A stretch of 56,995 nt of DNA, taken from IMG/VR virus record IMGVR_UViG_3300044742_000148. One strand, 5' to 3'. The notes beneath the pieces were generated by a model. It saw only the letters and a program-made list of their open reading frames with translations, was not told where the DNA came from and did not search any database. Below are positions 8,318 to 16,065 of this stretch, piece by piece (positions within the stretch are counted from its first letter, which is position 1; every line of letters begins with the position of its first letter). Source of the DNA: a virus. The position numbers and the translations under genes are program-made.

Positions 8318-9252
8318 CCCTGAACCCCGACATGGGCGCCCTCGATGACCTCGCCACCTTCGCCCGCATCGAGGTGGAGAGCCGAGACGTGGAGCCGTGG
8401 GCCGACCTCCTCCGCCACCTGTACATGGAGGACGGGGCGCTGAGCCTGGAGGCCGCCCTGTGGCTGGTGGCGCTCTACAACACGTACGACAGCCTGGGCT
8501 CCGCCTGCTCAGTGTTCGCCCGCTGGCCGAGCCCGCACGAGCTCCTGACGGCCGCCGACTTCCCCGACAGCGCCCAGTACGAGTGCACCCAGGAGCGCCG
8601 CAACCTCAGGGGCGGCCTCGTGCTGACCCGCCACGCCTCCTACGGAGCTCTCGTGATGGGCGGAGACGGCACCCAGGCCTACTGGCTCGGCCAGGGCATC
8701 CCCCAGCCCGACGTGACGACTGACTGCTGCGACACCGGAGGCGCCGAGGCCGCCTGGGAGCCGATGACCCGCCACCTCCGCCGAGTGTGGGGCGTGGGCC
8801 GCCAGGCCGCCTTCGAGTGGGCCGAGTTCCTCGCCAAGGTGGTTGGGATGCGGCTGACCGCCCCCCACGCCCAGCTGTGGGAGAGCGAGGGCCCGAGACG
8901 GAGCCTGCAGCGCCTCTACGGCAACCCCGACCCGGACCGGGCGTGGCTGGACGAGGCCGCCCTGGAGTGCCGGGCGTGGCTGCTCTCGCAGGGCATCGAC
9001 CTCTCGTGGGAGGACTTCGAGACGATCATCTGCGACTTCAACGTGATGCGGGACGGCCGCTACTACCCGGGCCGCCACCTGGCCGCCCTCCGGGAGGAGA
9101 TCGACGGCGTGGCCGAGTCGGCGCTCCGGGCCGCCCTGGAGCACGCATGGGAGCAGGTCGTGCCGCCCGAGTGGCAGTGCATTGACCCGGGCATCGACAA
9201 GGCCAAGCTGCCCGTCTACCGGGACTCCGGCCTGATCAGGAGCTCTGCATGA
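8314..9252 (+). CDS. Hypothetical helical protein (function unknown; candidate base-transferase by context only)
   Basis: GTG 8314 in a GTGA overlap. 312 aa. I can name no motif. It sits between the two oxygenase genes. Confidence 0.7.
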   Translation: MTLNPDMGALDDLATFARIEVESRDVEPWADLLRHLYMEDGALSLEAALWLVALYNTYDSLGSACSVFARWPSPHELLTAADFPDSAQYECTQERRNLRGGLVLTRHASYGALVMGGDGTQAYWLGQGIPQPDVTTDCCDTGGAEAAWEPMTRHLRRVWGVGRQAAFEWAEFLAKVVGMRLTAPHAQLWESEGPRRSLQRLYGNPDPDRAWLDEAALECRAWLLSQGIDLSWEDFETIICDFNVMRDGRYYPGRHLAALREEIDGVAESALRAALEHAWEQVVPPEWQCIDPGIDKAKLPVYRDSGLIRSSA

Positions 9253-10316
9253 CGCCCGAGGAGACGGCCCGCTTCCTCAACGGCTACGCCCGCCGCCACG
9301 CCGCCGGGGCGTTCGCCACGCCCCTTGCTCGAGAGTTGAACGACGGCAACGTCCGCATCTGGAAGAACCCGCTCGGCCGCACTGTCGCCGTGACCAAGCG
9401 GCTGACCCGGGACAGCGTCCGCACCGACTGGCTCGGCCAGCCGTACACGCTTCCCCGGGGCGCCACCATCGTGACGCACCTCGGCCGGGAGACGGGCTCC
9501 CCCATCCCAGCCGACCTGGACGAGTACCACGCCATCTACGCCTACGCCGACGACCTGGAGCTGACCGCCGGGCTGGGCCGCCTCGGCCGGGAGGTCACAG
9601 CCACGAGGATCAGCGCCGCCTCCGAGATGATCCACTGCTGGGGGTGGCCGGGCACCGCCCGCCCGACGCCCCTCCTCGACGGCCTGACCGTGGTGCCGGT
9701 CGCCACGCACTCGGGCGACCTCCTCAACGCCTGCCGCCGAGAGCTCGCCCGGGCGACGGGGTGGGCCGATGACTACCCGTTCTACTCAGACGGCTCCTGG
9801 TCGGCGCTGTCCCTCCGGGGCTTCGACCCGGACCCGGCCTGGGGGGTGAAGCCCGCCGAGATGGGCCGCAAGTGGAACGACGCCCACCCGGGGGCTCTCC
9901 GCCGGACGTGCGTCTGGACCGACCTCGCCGACCGCTGCCCCACCCTCGTGCAGATCGCCTCGCAGCTGCCCGGGGCCGGGCTGGAACGGGTCCGCCTGAT
10001 GCGCATGAAGCAGGGGAAGCTCGCCCGCCACACCGACATCACCGACAAGGCCAGCGGCCTCCGGGACGGGCAGATCGCCCGCTTCCACCTGCCCCTGATC
10101 ACCAGCGAGCTCGTCGCCCTCCACGTCTGGGAGCTGTCCGGGGAGCTCCACAACTGGCACCTCGACGTGGGCGTCTGGTACTACCTCGACGCCCGCAAGC
10201 CGCACGCCGTCACCCAGGGCGACCCTGACCTCGACCGCATCCACCTCGTCGCCGACGTCATCTGCGACGAGTCCACCCGCTCCTACCTGGAGGCTTCATG
10301 CTCGGCTGCTACCTGA
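9249..10316 (+). CDS. Two-domain protein with a C-terminal Asp/Asn beta-hydroxylase-type (cupin) 2OG-Fe(II) oxygenase domain
   Basis: ATGA overlap. KLARHTDITD (His at 10029..10031), IARFHLPLIT, YYLDARKPHAV. The N-terminal ~170 aa are unassigned. Confidence 0.65.
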   Translation: MTPEETARFLNGYARRHAAGAFATPLARELNDGNVRIWKNPLGRTVAVTKRLTRDSVRTDWLGQPYTLPRGATIVTHLGRETGSPIPADLDEYHAIYAYADDLELTAGLGRLGREVTATRISAASEMIHCWGWPGTARPTPLLDGLTVVPVATHSGDLLNACRRELARATGWADDYPFYSDGSWSALSLRGFDPDPAWGVKPAEMGRKWNDAHPGALRRTCVWTDLADRCPTLVQIASQLPGAGLERVRLMRMKQGKLARHTDITDKASGLRDGQIARFHLPLITSELVALHVWELSGELHNWHLDVGVWYYLDARKPHAVTQGDPDLDRIHLVADVICDESTRSYLEASCSAAT

Positions 10317-10861
10317 TCGGCCAACCTGGCGCCGGCAAGTCCACCCTGTTCCGGGAGGTGACCCAAGGCATTCCGAGCTACGAGAGCTCCCAGCCGTTCG
10401 CCCACACCGTGTACCTGCCCGAGCCGTCGGGGGGCCGCCCGATCGGCGCTCAGCTGGGCCGCCACCACGAGACGTTCCCGGGTACCGACCGCCTCAGCAT
10501 GGCCGTCCAGCCCGACGCCGAGGCGTGGGTGCGCTCCGCCCCCTACCCCGTCATCATCGGCGAGGGCGACCGTCTCGCCACGCTCGGCTTCCTCACAGCA
10601 CTGACGGAGGCGTGCGACGAGGGCTGCACCATCCTGTGGCTGGACACGCCCCAGTTGACCGCCAGGGCCCGGGCGACCCGCCGGGGCTCAGCCCAGACGG
10701 AGGCGTGGGTGAAGGGCCGCCGCTCCAAGGTCAACCGGCTGACCGACCTCCTGCCGGTGGTCCGGCTCGACGGCACCCTCAGCCCGGAGCTTCTCGCCGT
10801 GCAGGCCATCGGGGCGTCCCCCGCCTTGCAGGCGCTCCACGCCCTGGTGCCCGGCCTCTGA
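10298..10861 (+). CDS. Small P-loop kinase/NTPase
   Basis: RBS ggagg before ATG 10298. Walker A LIGQPGAGKSTL. 187 aa. 19-nt overlap with the upstream gene. Confidence 0.7.
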   Translation: MLGCYLIGQPGAGKSTLFREVTQGIPSYESSQPFAHTVYLPEPSGGRPIGAQLGRHHETFPGTDRLSMAVQPDAEAWVRSAPYPVIIGEGDRLATLGFLTALTEACDEGCTILWLDTPQLTARARATRRGSAQTEAWVKGRRSKVNRLTDLLPVVRLDGTLSPELLAVQAIGASPALQALHALVPGL

Positions 10862-10875
10862 CCAGGCTCGTCCCG

Positions 10876-10908
10876 GTAGACGCCCCAGGCTAACCCGTGT
10901 TAGCCTGG
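10876..10908 (+). promoter_or_regulatory. Phage promoter/operator motif copy B
   Basis: GTAGAC-N7-GCTAACCCGTGTTAGCCTGG. The arms GCTAAC and GTTAGC are perfectly complementary. It lies 50 nt upstream of ATG 10959. Confidence 0.6.
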
Positions 10909-10958
10909 GTAGGCCCCCAACCGGGGGGCGTCACACACAGCCCAAGGAGAGCCCCAAC

Positions 10959-12011
10959 ATGCCCGACTACTTCGAATCAGGCTTCGCCGTCCGAGATGTC
11001 TCCTGGCACGGCAAAGAGACGCTGCTGCAAGAGCACCCCGAGAACTGGGCGGCAGCCCGCATCCTCGCTGGCCTCGACTGGGAGCCCGAGTACCAGGACC
11101 TCTACGTCCCCGAGGTCATCCCCGCCGGGGAGAGCGCCCCCGAGGGCTCCATCCATATCAAGGCGATGGGCAACGACAGCGCCGACCTGTGGCACGTCCC
11201 GGTCAACGGCCACCAGGCCATCATCCGCAGCGACAACCGGAAGGTGCTCGCCACCCCCAAGGACTCGTTCCGGCTGATCAGCAACACCGAGATGGGCGAC
11301 CTCCTGGAGGCGTACAGCGAGGCGTGGCGCAAGGCCGGAGCCAAGGTGCTGTTCGACACCGCCGGGTCCGTCTACGAGGGCCGGTGGGTGTACGCCACGC
11401 TCCTGCTGGACGAGCCCTACACCATCCCCGGCGACCCCAGCCCCATCCTCCCGTACGCAGCGTTCCTCAACGCCCACGACGGCACGGCCGCCTGCAAGGT
11501 CGTCAACACTCAGGTCCGGGTCGTCTGCGCCAACACGTGGAAGATGGCCGACGTGGAGGGCGAGCGCTCTGGCCGCCAGATCGTCATCCGCCACACGTCC
11601 GGTGCGACGGAGCGCCTGGAGGAGGCCAAGGCCGCCCTCGCCAGCGTCCGTGACGAGGTGGCGAACTACCAGATGCTCGCCACCGAGCTTGCCTCGATCA
11701 ACGTCTCAGACGCCCTCGTCAAGACGTTCCTCAGCGAGTTCATCCCGGTGCCGGAGAACAGCTCCGAGCGCACCCGGACGGCCCGCCTGGAGCGCCAAGG
11801 CATGTTCATGGCGCTGTACGCCTCGTCGCCCACGACCGACGGCATCCGGGGCACCGCCTACGGCCTCGTGCAGACGGCCGGGGAGTACCTGGACCACCTG
11901 CGCCCCGTCCGGAACAGCGACACCTACCTGGCCCGCACCCTGTTCAACAGCGAGCCCATCAAGGGCAACGCCGTCCGCCTCGTCCGAGAGCTCGTGCAGG
12001 AGGGCGTGTGA
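10959..12011 (+). CDS. DUF932-like phage/plasmid protein
   Basis: RBS aaggaga. N-terminus MPDYFESGFAVRDVSWHGKETLL...AGLDWEPE. The size (350 aa) is typical of the DUF932 family. Confidence 0.7.
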   Translation: MPDYFESGFAVRDVSWHGKETLLQEHPENWAAARILAGLDWEPEYQDLYVPEVIPAGESAPEGSIHIKAMGNDSADLWHVPVNGHQAIIRSDNRKVLATPKDSFRLISNTEMGDLLEAYSEAWRKAGAKVLFDTAGSVYEGRWVYATLLLDEPYTIPGDPSPILPYAAFLNAHDGTAACKVVNTQVRVVCANTWKMADVEGERSGRQIVIRHTSGATERLEEAKAALASVRDEVANYQMLATELASINVSDALVKTFLSEFIPVPENSSERTRTARLERQGMFMALYASSPTTDGIRGTAYGLVQTAGEYLDHLRPVRNSDTYLARTLFNSEPIKGNAVRLVRELVQEGV

Positions 12012-12529
12012 TGGCCGCCCCGTCCCTGCCCCGAGTGTCCGTCACCCCTCCCCCCCTTGCGGGGGGAGAGGTGCGCTCGGGCTCCCTTTCGCTCAACGCC
12101 GTGGCGGCCTGGAACACGGGCGTCTACGCCGGGGAGCTCCTGCGCTTCGGCTTCGACGTGGAGCTCCGGGACTACCACGCCCGGGGCCTCACCCAAGGCC
12201 TCCTGTGGGTCGGGCGTCCCGGCCTGGAGCCCGGCATGGTCCGGGTGGAGCTCGACCCGGAGAGCAACAGCCTCCGGGGCGTCTGGGACCGCTGCGTGGT
12301 GGTCCTGTACGGCAGCCAGCTGAACGCCCTTTCGGGCATGGTGCGCCGGAACCTTCGCCGCCTCAGGGAGCACGGCTCCGGCCGCCCCCCCGAGACGGTG
12401 GCGACCCAGGAGGCTTTCCTGGTGCGTCTGCTTGAAGCGCTGGCGGAAGCCGGGGCCAACAACCGATACGACGCAAGCGCCCGCCCCGAGCGAGCTCTGA
12501 CCGTCGTGCCTGACTACGAGGAGAACTGA
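12011..12529 (+). CDS. Hypothetical protein
   Basis: ATG 12011 in a TGATG overlap (GTG 12008 is an alternative start). ORF runs to 12529. Confidence 0.6.
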   Translation: MAAPSLPRVSVTPPPLAGGEVRSGSLSLNAVAAWNTGVYAGELLRFGFDVELRDYHARGLTQGLLWVGRPGLEPGMVRVELDPESNSLRGVWDRCVVVLYGSQLNALSGMVRRNLRRLREHGSGRPPETVATQEAFLVRLLEALAEAGANNRYDASARPERALTVVPDYEEN

Positions 12530-13086
12530 TGCACAGACTCATCCGCACGGCCGCCGCTGCGGCCCTCGGCCTCTCCGCCCTGTGGCTGACAACCACAGTC
12601 CCGGCTGGGGCCACCAACCCGCCTCCCGTGTGCGAGAACAACGGGCGTGAGTTCACCTACAACCCGTCGACCACCCAGTGCACGCCCCCGACCACGGGGG
12701 CTACGACGACAGGGGCGACCACCACGGCCGCCACGACCACGACAGCCACCACCCTCCCGCCGACCACCACCGTGCCGCCGACCACCACCACCGTGTTCAA
12801 CTGCGGCCTGTGTGCAGGCCAGTTCGGCACGACCACCACGACCGCCCAGGCCACGACGACCGTTGCCCCTCCGGTGACGACAGCGCCCCCTACGACGCAA
12901 CCTGCGCCGCCGCCGCCCGACACAACGCCTGAGCACGTGACCGTCCCCGACGCCCCCGCCACCACAGCTCCGCCGGAGCTTCCCGTGACCGGCAGCCTGT
13001 CGGGCCCGATGGTCGCATGGGCTCTCGCCGCCGGTGCCGTCGGCCTCGCCCTCGTGGCGTTCGCCAAGGCTGTCCGCCGGGCATGA
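12529..13086 (+). CDS. Secreted Thr/Pro-rich LPXTG cell-wall-anchor protein
   Basis: Signal peptide MHRLIRTAAAAALGLSALWLTTTVPAGA, long T/P tracts, then C-terminal LPVTG, a hydrophobic helix and KAVRRA. Confidence 0.8.
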   Translation: MHRLIRTAAAAALGLSALWLTTTVPAGATNPPPVCENNGREFTYNPSTTQCTPPTTGATTTGATTTAATTTTATTLPPTTTVPPTTTTVFNCGLCAGQFGTTTTTAQATTTVAPPVTTAPPTTQPAPPPPDTTPEHVTVPDAPATTAPPELPVTGSLSGPMVAWALAAGAVGLALVAFAKAVRRA

Positions 13087-13214
13087 ACGGAGGCCTGACC
13101 GCCCTGACGCTCCCGCTGTGGGGCGTCTGGGCGGTCGCCTTCGCAGCGATGTTCCTCGCCCTCCTACTCGAGGAGCGAGTCCACGAGTGGCGGAGACGCC
13201 GGAGGCACCGATGA
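13083..13214 (+). CDS. Small membrane protein (43 aa)
   Basis: ATG 13083 in an ATGA overlap. One TM helix LPLWGVWAVAFAAMFLALLL followed by an R-rich tail. Confidence 0.55.
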   Translation: MNGGLTALTLPLWGVWAVAFAAMFLALLLEERVHEWRRRRRHR

Positions 13215-13327
13215 CCACGACCAAGCCCTACGGCTGCATGAGTTTCCTGTTCGACCTGCTGATGGTCATGCTCACGGGTGGGCTCTGGCTCATCTGGATA
13301 TTCGTGCGGGAGATGCGCAAGCGATGA
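13211..13327 (+). CDS. Small membrane protein (38 aa)
   Basis: ATG 13211 in an ATGA overlap. FLFDLLMVMLTGGLWLIWIFV. Confidence 0.55.
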   Translation: MTTTKPYGCMSFLFDLLMVMLTGGLWLIWIFVREMRKR

Positions 13328-13527
13328 CCCGCCGGGCGAGAGAGCTCCTGCTGCTCGCCCTCGTCGGCGCCCTCTACCTCTGGGTGGGGGGCGCTTTGGC
13401 GTGGGGCGCCCTGACGGCCCCGGAGGAGCCCCCTCGGACCCGCAGGTGGGCCGGGGTGGAGTACAGCCCCGAGGCCTGCTACGTGAACGACGCCGGGGCT
13501 CTCCTGTGCGTCTCGGGGCTCGCATGA
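13324..13527 (+). CDS. Small membrane/secreted protein
   Basis: ATG 13324 in an ATGA overlap. N-terminal TM helix LLLLALVGALYLWVGGALAWGAL. Confidence 0.6.
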   Translation: MTRRARELLLLALVGALYLWVGGALAWGALTAPEEPPRTRRWAGVEYSPEACYVNDAGALLCVSGLA

Positions 13528-13730
13528 CCCTCCTGGCCGGAGCTCACCTCCACGTCGCCACGGACGCCTTCGGCACCCTCCGCCTGACGGCTACCCGCCG
13601 GGGCGTCTGGACCACTATCGCCATCCCCAACATGCCCTACCGGGCCGACGCCCAGGGCGTCCTCGACGTCACTCTGGCGATGCTCGACGCCCGCCTCGCC
13701 GAGGAGGAACAGGCAGGCTCCGGGGCGTAG
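13524..13730 (+). CDS. Hypothetical small protein
   Basis: ATG 13524 in an ATGA overlap. Ends at TAG 13728..13730, inside the next promoter motif. Confidence 0.55.
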   Translation: MTLLAGAHLHVATDAFGTLRLTATRRGVWTTIAIPNMPYRADAQGVLDVTLAMLDARLAEEEQAGSGA

Positions 13731-13759
13731 ACCACCGGGGCTAACCCGTGTTAGTCTGG
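13727..13759 (+). promoter_or_regulatory. Phage promoter/operator motif copy C (leaderless configuration)
   Basis: GTAGAC 13727..13732, GCTAAC 13740..13745, TAGTCT 13752..13757. Only 6 nt separate the -10 element from ATG 13764 and there is no RBS. Confidence 0.6.
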
Positions 13760-13763
13760 GGCT

Positions 13764-13964
13764 ATGACAACCACCCAGCCCAAGAGGCACCCGCTGGTCG
13801 GCTGCAAGATCACCGACAACGGCATCGTTGGCGGCCTGACCGGCCGCATCGTCCACGTCTTCCCCGACGCCATCTCCGTCAGCTGGAACGGCAGCGAGCA
13901 GGCGTCCCAGATCAGCCTCGCCCGCATCAAGGCCGGGCAGTTCAGCGTGGAGGTGGCAGCATGA
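13764..13964 (+). CDS. Hypothetical small protein
   Basis: ORF 13764..13964 starts immediately after promoter copy C. Confidence 0.6.
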   Translation: MTTTQPKRHPLVGCKITDNGIVGGLTGRIVHVFPDAISVSWNGSEQASQISLARIKAGQFSVEVAA

Positions 13965-14197
13965 CCGACGAGATGCGCACCCCCGGCTTCGCCCGAGGCC
14001 CGATCAACTACGCCCTCCAGACCTGCCCCGAGGGGTACTGCCCCGAGTGCAGCGAGCCCGACGACGAGTGCGAGTGCGTCCGGCTCCCCAAGCCCCCGGC
14101 CCGCACCCCCGTCCAGGCTGAGGCCCTCCTCGCCCGCCAGATCAACACCGAACGCAAGGTCGCCGAGTCGATGGCGTACTGGGCCGCCCGCCGGTAG
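13961..14197 (+). CDS. Hypothetical Cys-rich small protein
   Basis: ATG 13961 in an ATGA overlap. CPEGYCPECSEPDDECEC. Confidence 0.55.
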   Translation: MTDEMRTPGFARGPINYALQTCPEGYCPECSEPDDECECVRLPKPPARTPVQAEALLARQINTERKVAESMAYWAARR

Positions 14198-14213
14198 ACG
14201 CCCCAGCAGAGCT

Positions 14214-14284
14214 CCCCCGGGTTCCGCCCCCGGGGGCGTAGGGGCCCCTCGACCATCCGCCCGGTCGGGGGGCCCCGCCTGTTT
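14214..14284 (+). terminator. Two tandem GC-rich hairpins, candidate intrinsic terminator
   Basis: Hairpin 1 is cccccggg/cccggggg (14214..14236). Hairpin 2 has a 14-bp stem with one mismatch, ggggcccctcgacc/ggtcggggggcccc (14241..14276), followed by gcctgttt. Confidence 0.5.
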
Positions 14285-14300
14285 GGGCAGGCTCCCCCAC

Positions 14301-14333
14301 GTAGACGCCCCCGGCTAACCCGTGTTAGTCTGG
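14301..14333 (+). promoter_or_regulatory. Phage promoter/operator motif copy D
   Basis: GTAGAC-N7-GCTAACCCGTGTTAGTCTGG, followed by RBS aggagg and ATG 14365. Confidence 0.6.
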
Positions 14334-14364
14334 AGTCATCACCAACAGCCCACAGGAGGCCGTC

Positions 14365-14658
14365 ATGCCCAACCCCCGTCTCGCTCTCGACCACGGAGAC
14401 GTCGCCGTCTACCGCAACGAGCGTGGCACCGTCGTCATCGACGTGGATGCCCCGTTCCGGGCGCTCGCCCGTCTGCCCGAGCCCGCCACCACCGGCTGGC
14501 AGGGCGGCTACAACGCCGACGCCCAGCTCATGCTGCACCCGGCCCAGGCCGTCGCCCTGTTGAAGGCGCTCATGGAGAGCCAGGAGCTCCGCATCGCAGC
14601 CGGGTTCGGCGAGGCCGACGAGGTCGCCCACGTCGCCACCAACGGTCTCGCCCGATGA
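14365..14658 (+). CDS. Hypothetical protein
   Basis: RBS caggagg 6 nt before ATG 14365. ORF 14365..14658. Confidence 0.65.
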   Translation: MPNPRLALDHGDVAVYRNERGTVVIDVDAPFRALARLPEPATTGWQGGYNADAQLMLHPAQAVALLKALMESQELRIAAGFGEADEVAHVATNGLAR

Positions 14659-14945
14659 CCGGCATCCCCTACGCCCGGGCCTCCGTGCTGCCTGTCCGCT
14701 ACGGCCAGACCGACGGGTCAGAGCTCGTCATCAACGCCTACTTCGTGCACTGCCCGATCTGCGGCGAGCAGTTCATGGGCGACGACCCGTCCATCGCCGG
14801 GCCCAAGGACACCGACCTGACCGGCGAGGAGCGTCTCCGCCCCCGCACCCCCGAGGACCAGATCACCAAGTCAGCCGCCCGCAAGTACGGCCGCCACTGG
14901 GAGAAGGTCCACGCCGAACCCCAACCCCAACTGGAGCTCTCATGA
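14655..14945 (+). CDS. Hypothetical protein (CxxC motif)
   Basis: ATG 14655 in an ATGA overlap. HCPICGEQF. Confidence 0.6.
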   Translation: MTGIPYARASVLPVRYGQTDGSELVINAYFVHCPICGEQFMGDDPSIAGPKDTDLTGEERLRPRTPEDQITKSAARKYGRHWEKVHAEPQPQLELS

Positions 14946-15106
14946 CCAGCCTCAAAGCACCCCCTCCCCCGTCCACCCCACAGCCCGCCCACACGGGCGC
15001 CTGCCAGGCCCTCGGAAGCTCCGAGGGCTGCCCCGGCTGCGCCTGGGAGGCCCACGAGGCCCAAGCCCTGGCGGAGTACCTGGACGCCAACTACGAGGAC
15101 GCCTGA
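14942..15106 (+). CDS. Hypothetical small protein (54 aa, below the ORF-track cut-off)
   Basis: Translated by hand: ATG 14942 in an ATGA overlap, MTSLKAPPPPSTPQPAHTGACQALGSSEGCPGCAWEAHEAQALAEYLDANYEDA, TGA 15104..15106. Confidence 0.45.
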   Translation: MTSLKAPPPPSTPQPAHTGACQALGSSEGCPGCAWEAHEAQALAEYLDANYEDA

Positions 15107-15107
15107 G

Positions 15108-15386
15108 ATGGGCCGGTACGAGCGGATGGAGGCCGCCTCGATCACCTACCGTCCCCGGGCCCGTGTCTGGTGGATTCAGGTCACCGACCCGTCGGGCGAG
15201 GCTGTCCCCGACAGCGTCCTCGCCGCCGCCAGCAGCGCCGACCTCGCCAAGACCATCGGCCGGGAGATGGCCGAAGCCCTCGGCTGGGTCGAGCTCGGCC
15301 GGTGGCGGTCCAACGGCGCCGACTGGGAGCTCATGGGCGGCTGGTACGAGAAGGCCTACAACGAGGAGACGGAGACGTGGGAATGA
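15108..15386 (+). CDS. Hypothetical protein
   Basis: ORF 15108..15386, high GC3, starts 1 nt after the upstream stop. Confidence 0.6.
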   Translation: MGRYERMEAASITYRPRARVWWIQVTDPSGEAVPDSVLAAASSADLAKTIGREMAEALGWVELGRWRSNGADWELMGGWYEKAYNEETETWE

Positions 15387-15679
15387 GCAACGACTGGACG
15401 GAGAGCCAACTGGCCCGAGCGTGGGCGCCCAAAGACCCAGAGCTCCCGGGCCCGGCTCCCGAGGCCGGGCCCGCCAAGGGCCACCGCACCCGCAAGCCCA
15501 CGGTGCGCCGCACCAAGGAGCACCCCTACGTCGATGGCTGGTGCGACCAGTGCGACTGGCGCTCCGCCTACATCACCCCGGCCGCCTGCGGCCTCGACTG
15601 CAAGGAGCACGCCGAGGCGAACCCGGGCCACACCGCCCGCTGGCGCAGGGTCGAGCACGTCTCCTACGAGGCGTCATGA
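15383..15679 (+). CDS. Hypothetical protein
   Basis: ATG 15383 in an ATGA overlap. MSNDWTESQLARAW... Confidence 0.6.
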   Translation: MSNDWTESQLARAWAPKDPELPGPAPEAGPAKGHRTRKPTVRRTKEHPYVDGWCDQCDWRSAYITPAACGLDCKEHAEANPGHTARWRRVEHVSYEAS

Positions 15680-16065
15680 CCGACTACAGCCTGATCCCGA
15701 CGGGGGGCGCCGGAGGCGTCCGTGACGCCGCCGTGGAGGTCGTCGCCGCCGCCCTCGTCATCGACTACGACGAGGTGCTGGGCGGCCTGATGTGCTACCA
15801 GGGCGACAGGTGCGCCACCGCTGACGAGCAGCAGGAGGTCAACCTCGTCATCGAGCAGGTCGAACGCCTCCGGGGAGCCGTCGCCGCCCTCGTGCTCGCC
15901 CGAGAGCCGGGCCCCGACCCGCTCTGCGACGTGCCCCACCTCGACCTCGGCCTTCGCTGCACCCTCCCCCCCGGCCACGACGGCCGCCACCAGGCCCGAG
16001 ACATTGGCGTCCGGGGCCGCCTGGTCCACTGGACGGCCCCCGAGTTCGACCGCAAGAGCTCGTGA
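15676..16065 (+). CDS. Hypothetical protein
   Basis: ATG 15676 in an ATGA overlap. MTDYSLIPTGGAGG... Confidence 0.6.
   Translation: MTDYSLIPTGGAGGVRDAAVEVVAAALVIDYDEVLGGLMCYQGDRCATADEQQEVNLVIEQVERLRGAVAALVLAREPGPDPLCDVPHLDLGLRCTLPPGHDGRHQARDIGVRGRLVHWTAPEFDRKSS

Noticed and set aside
12690-12900. ACC/ACG/ACN-rich repetitive DNA considered as a non-coding tandem repeat
   Set aside because: It is the Thr/Pro-rich coding region of the LPXTG protein, in frame with the signal peptide and sorting signal.
14195-14200. Additional (G)TAGAC words considered as extra promoter copies: GTAGAC at 14195 and 23253, ATAGAC at 31994 and 56087
   Set aside because: They lack the GCTAAC...GTTAG palindrome and the -10-like hexamer at the conserved distance. 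Two of them merely contain the TAG stop codon of the upstream gene.
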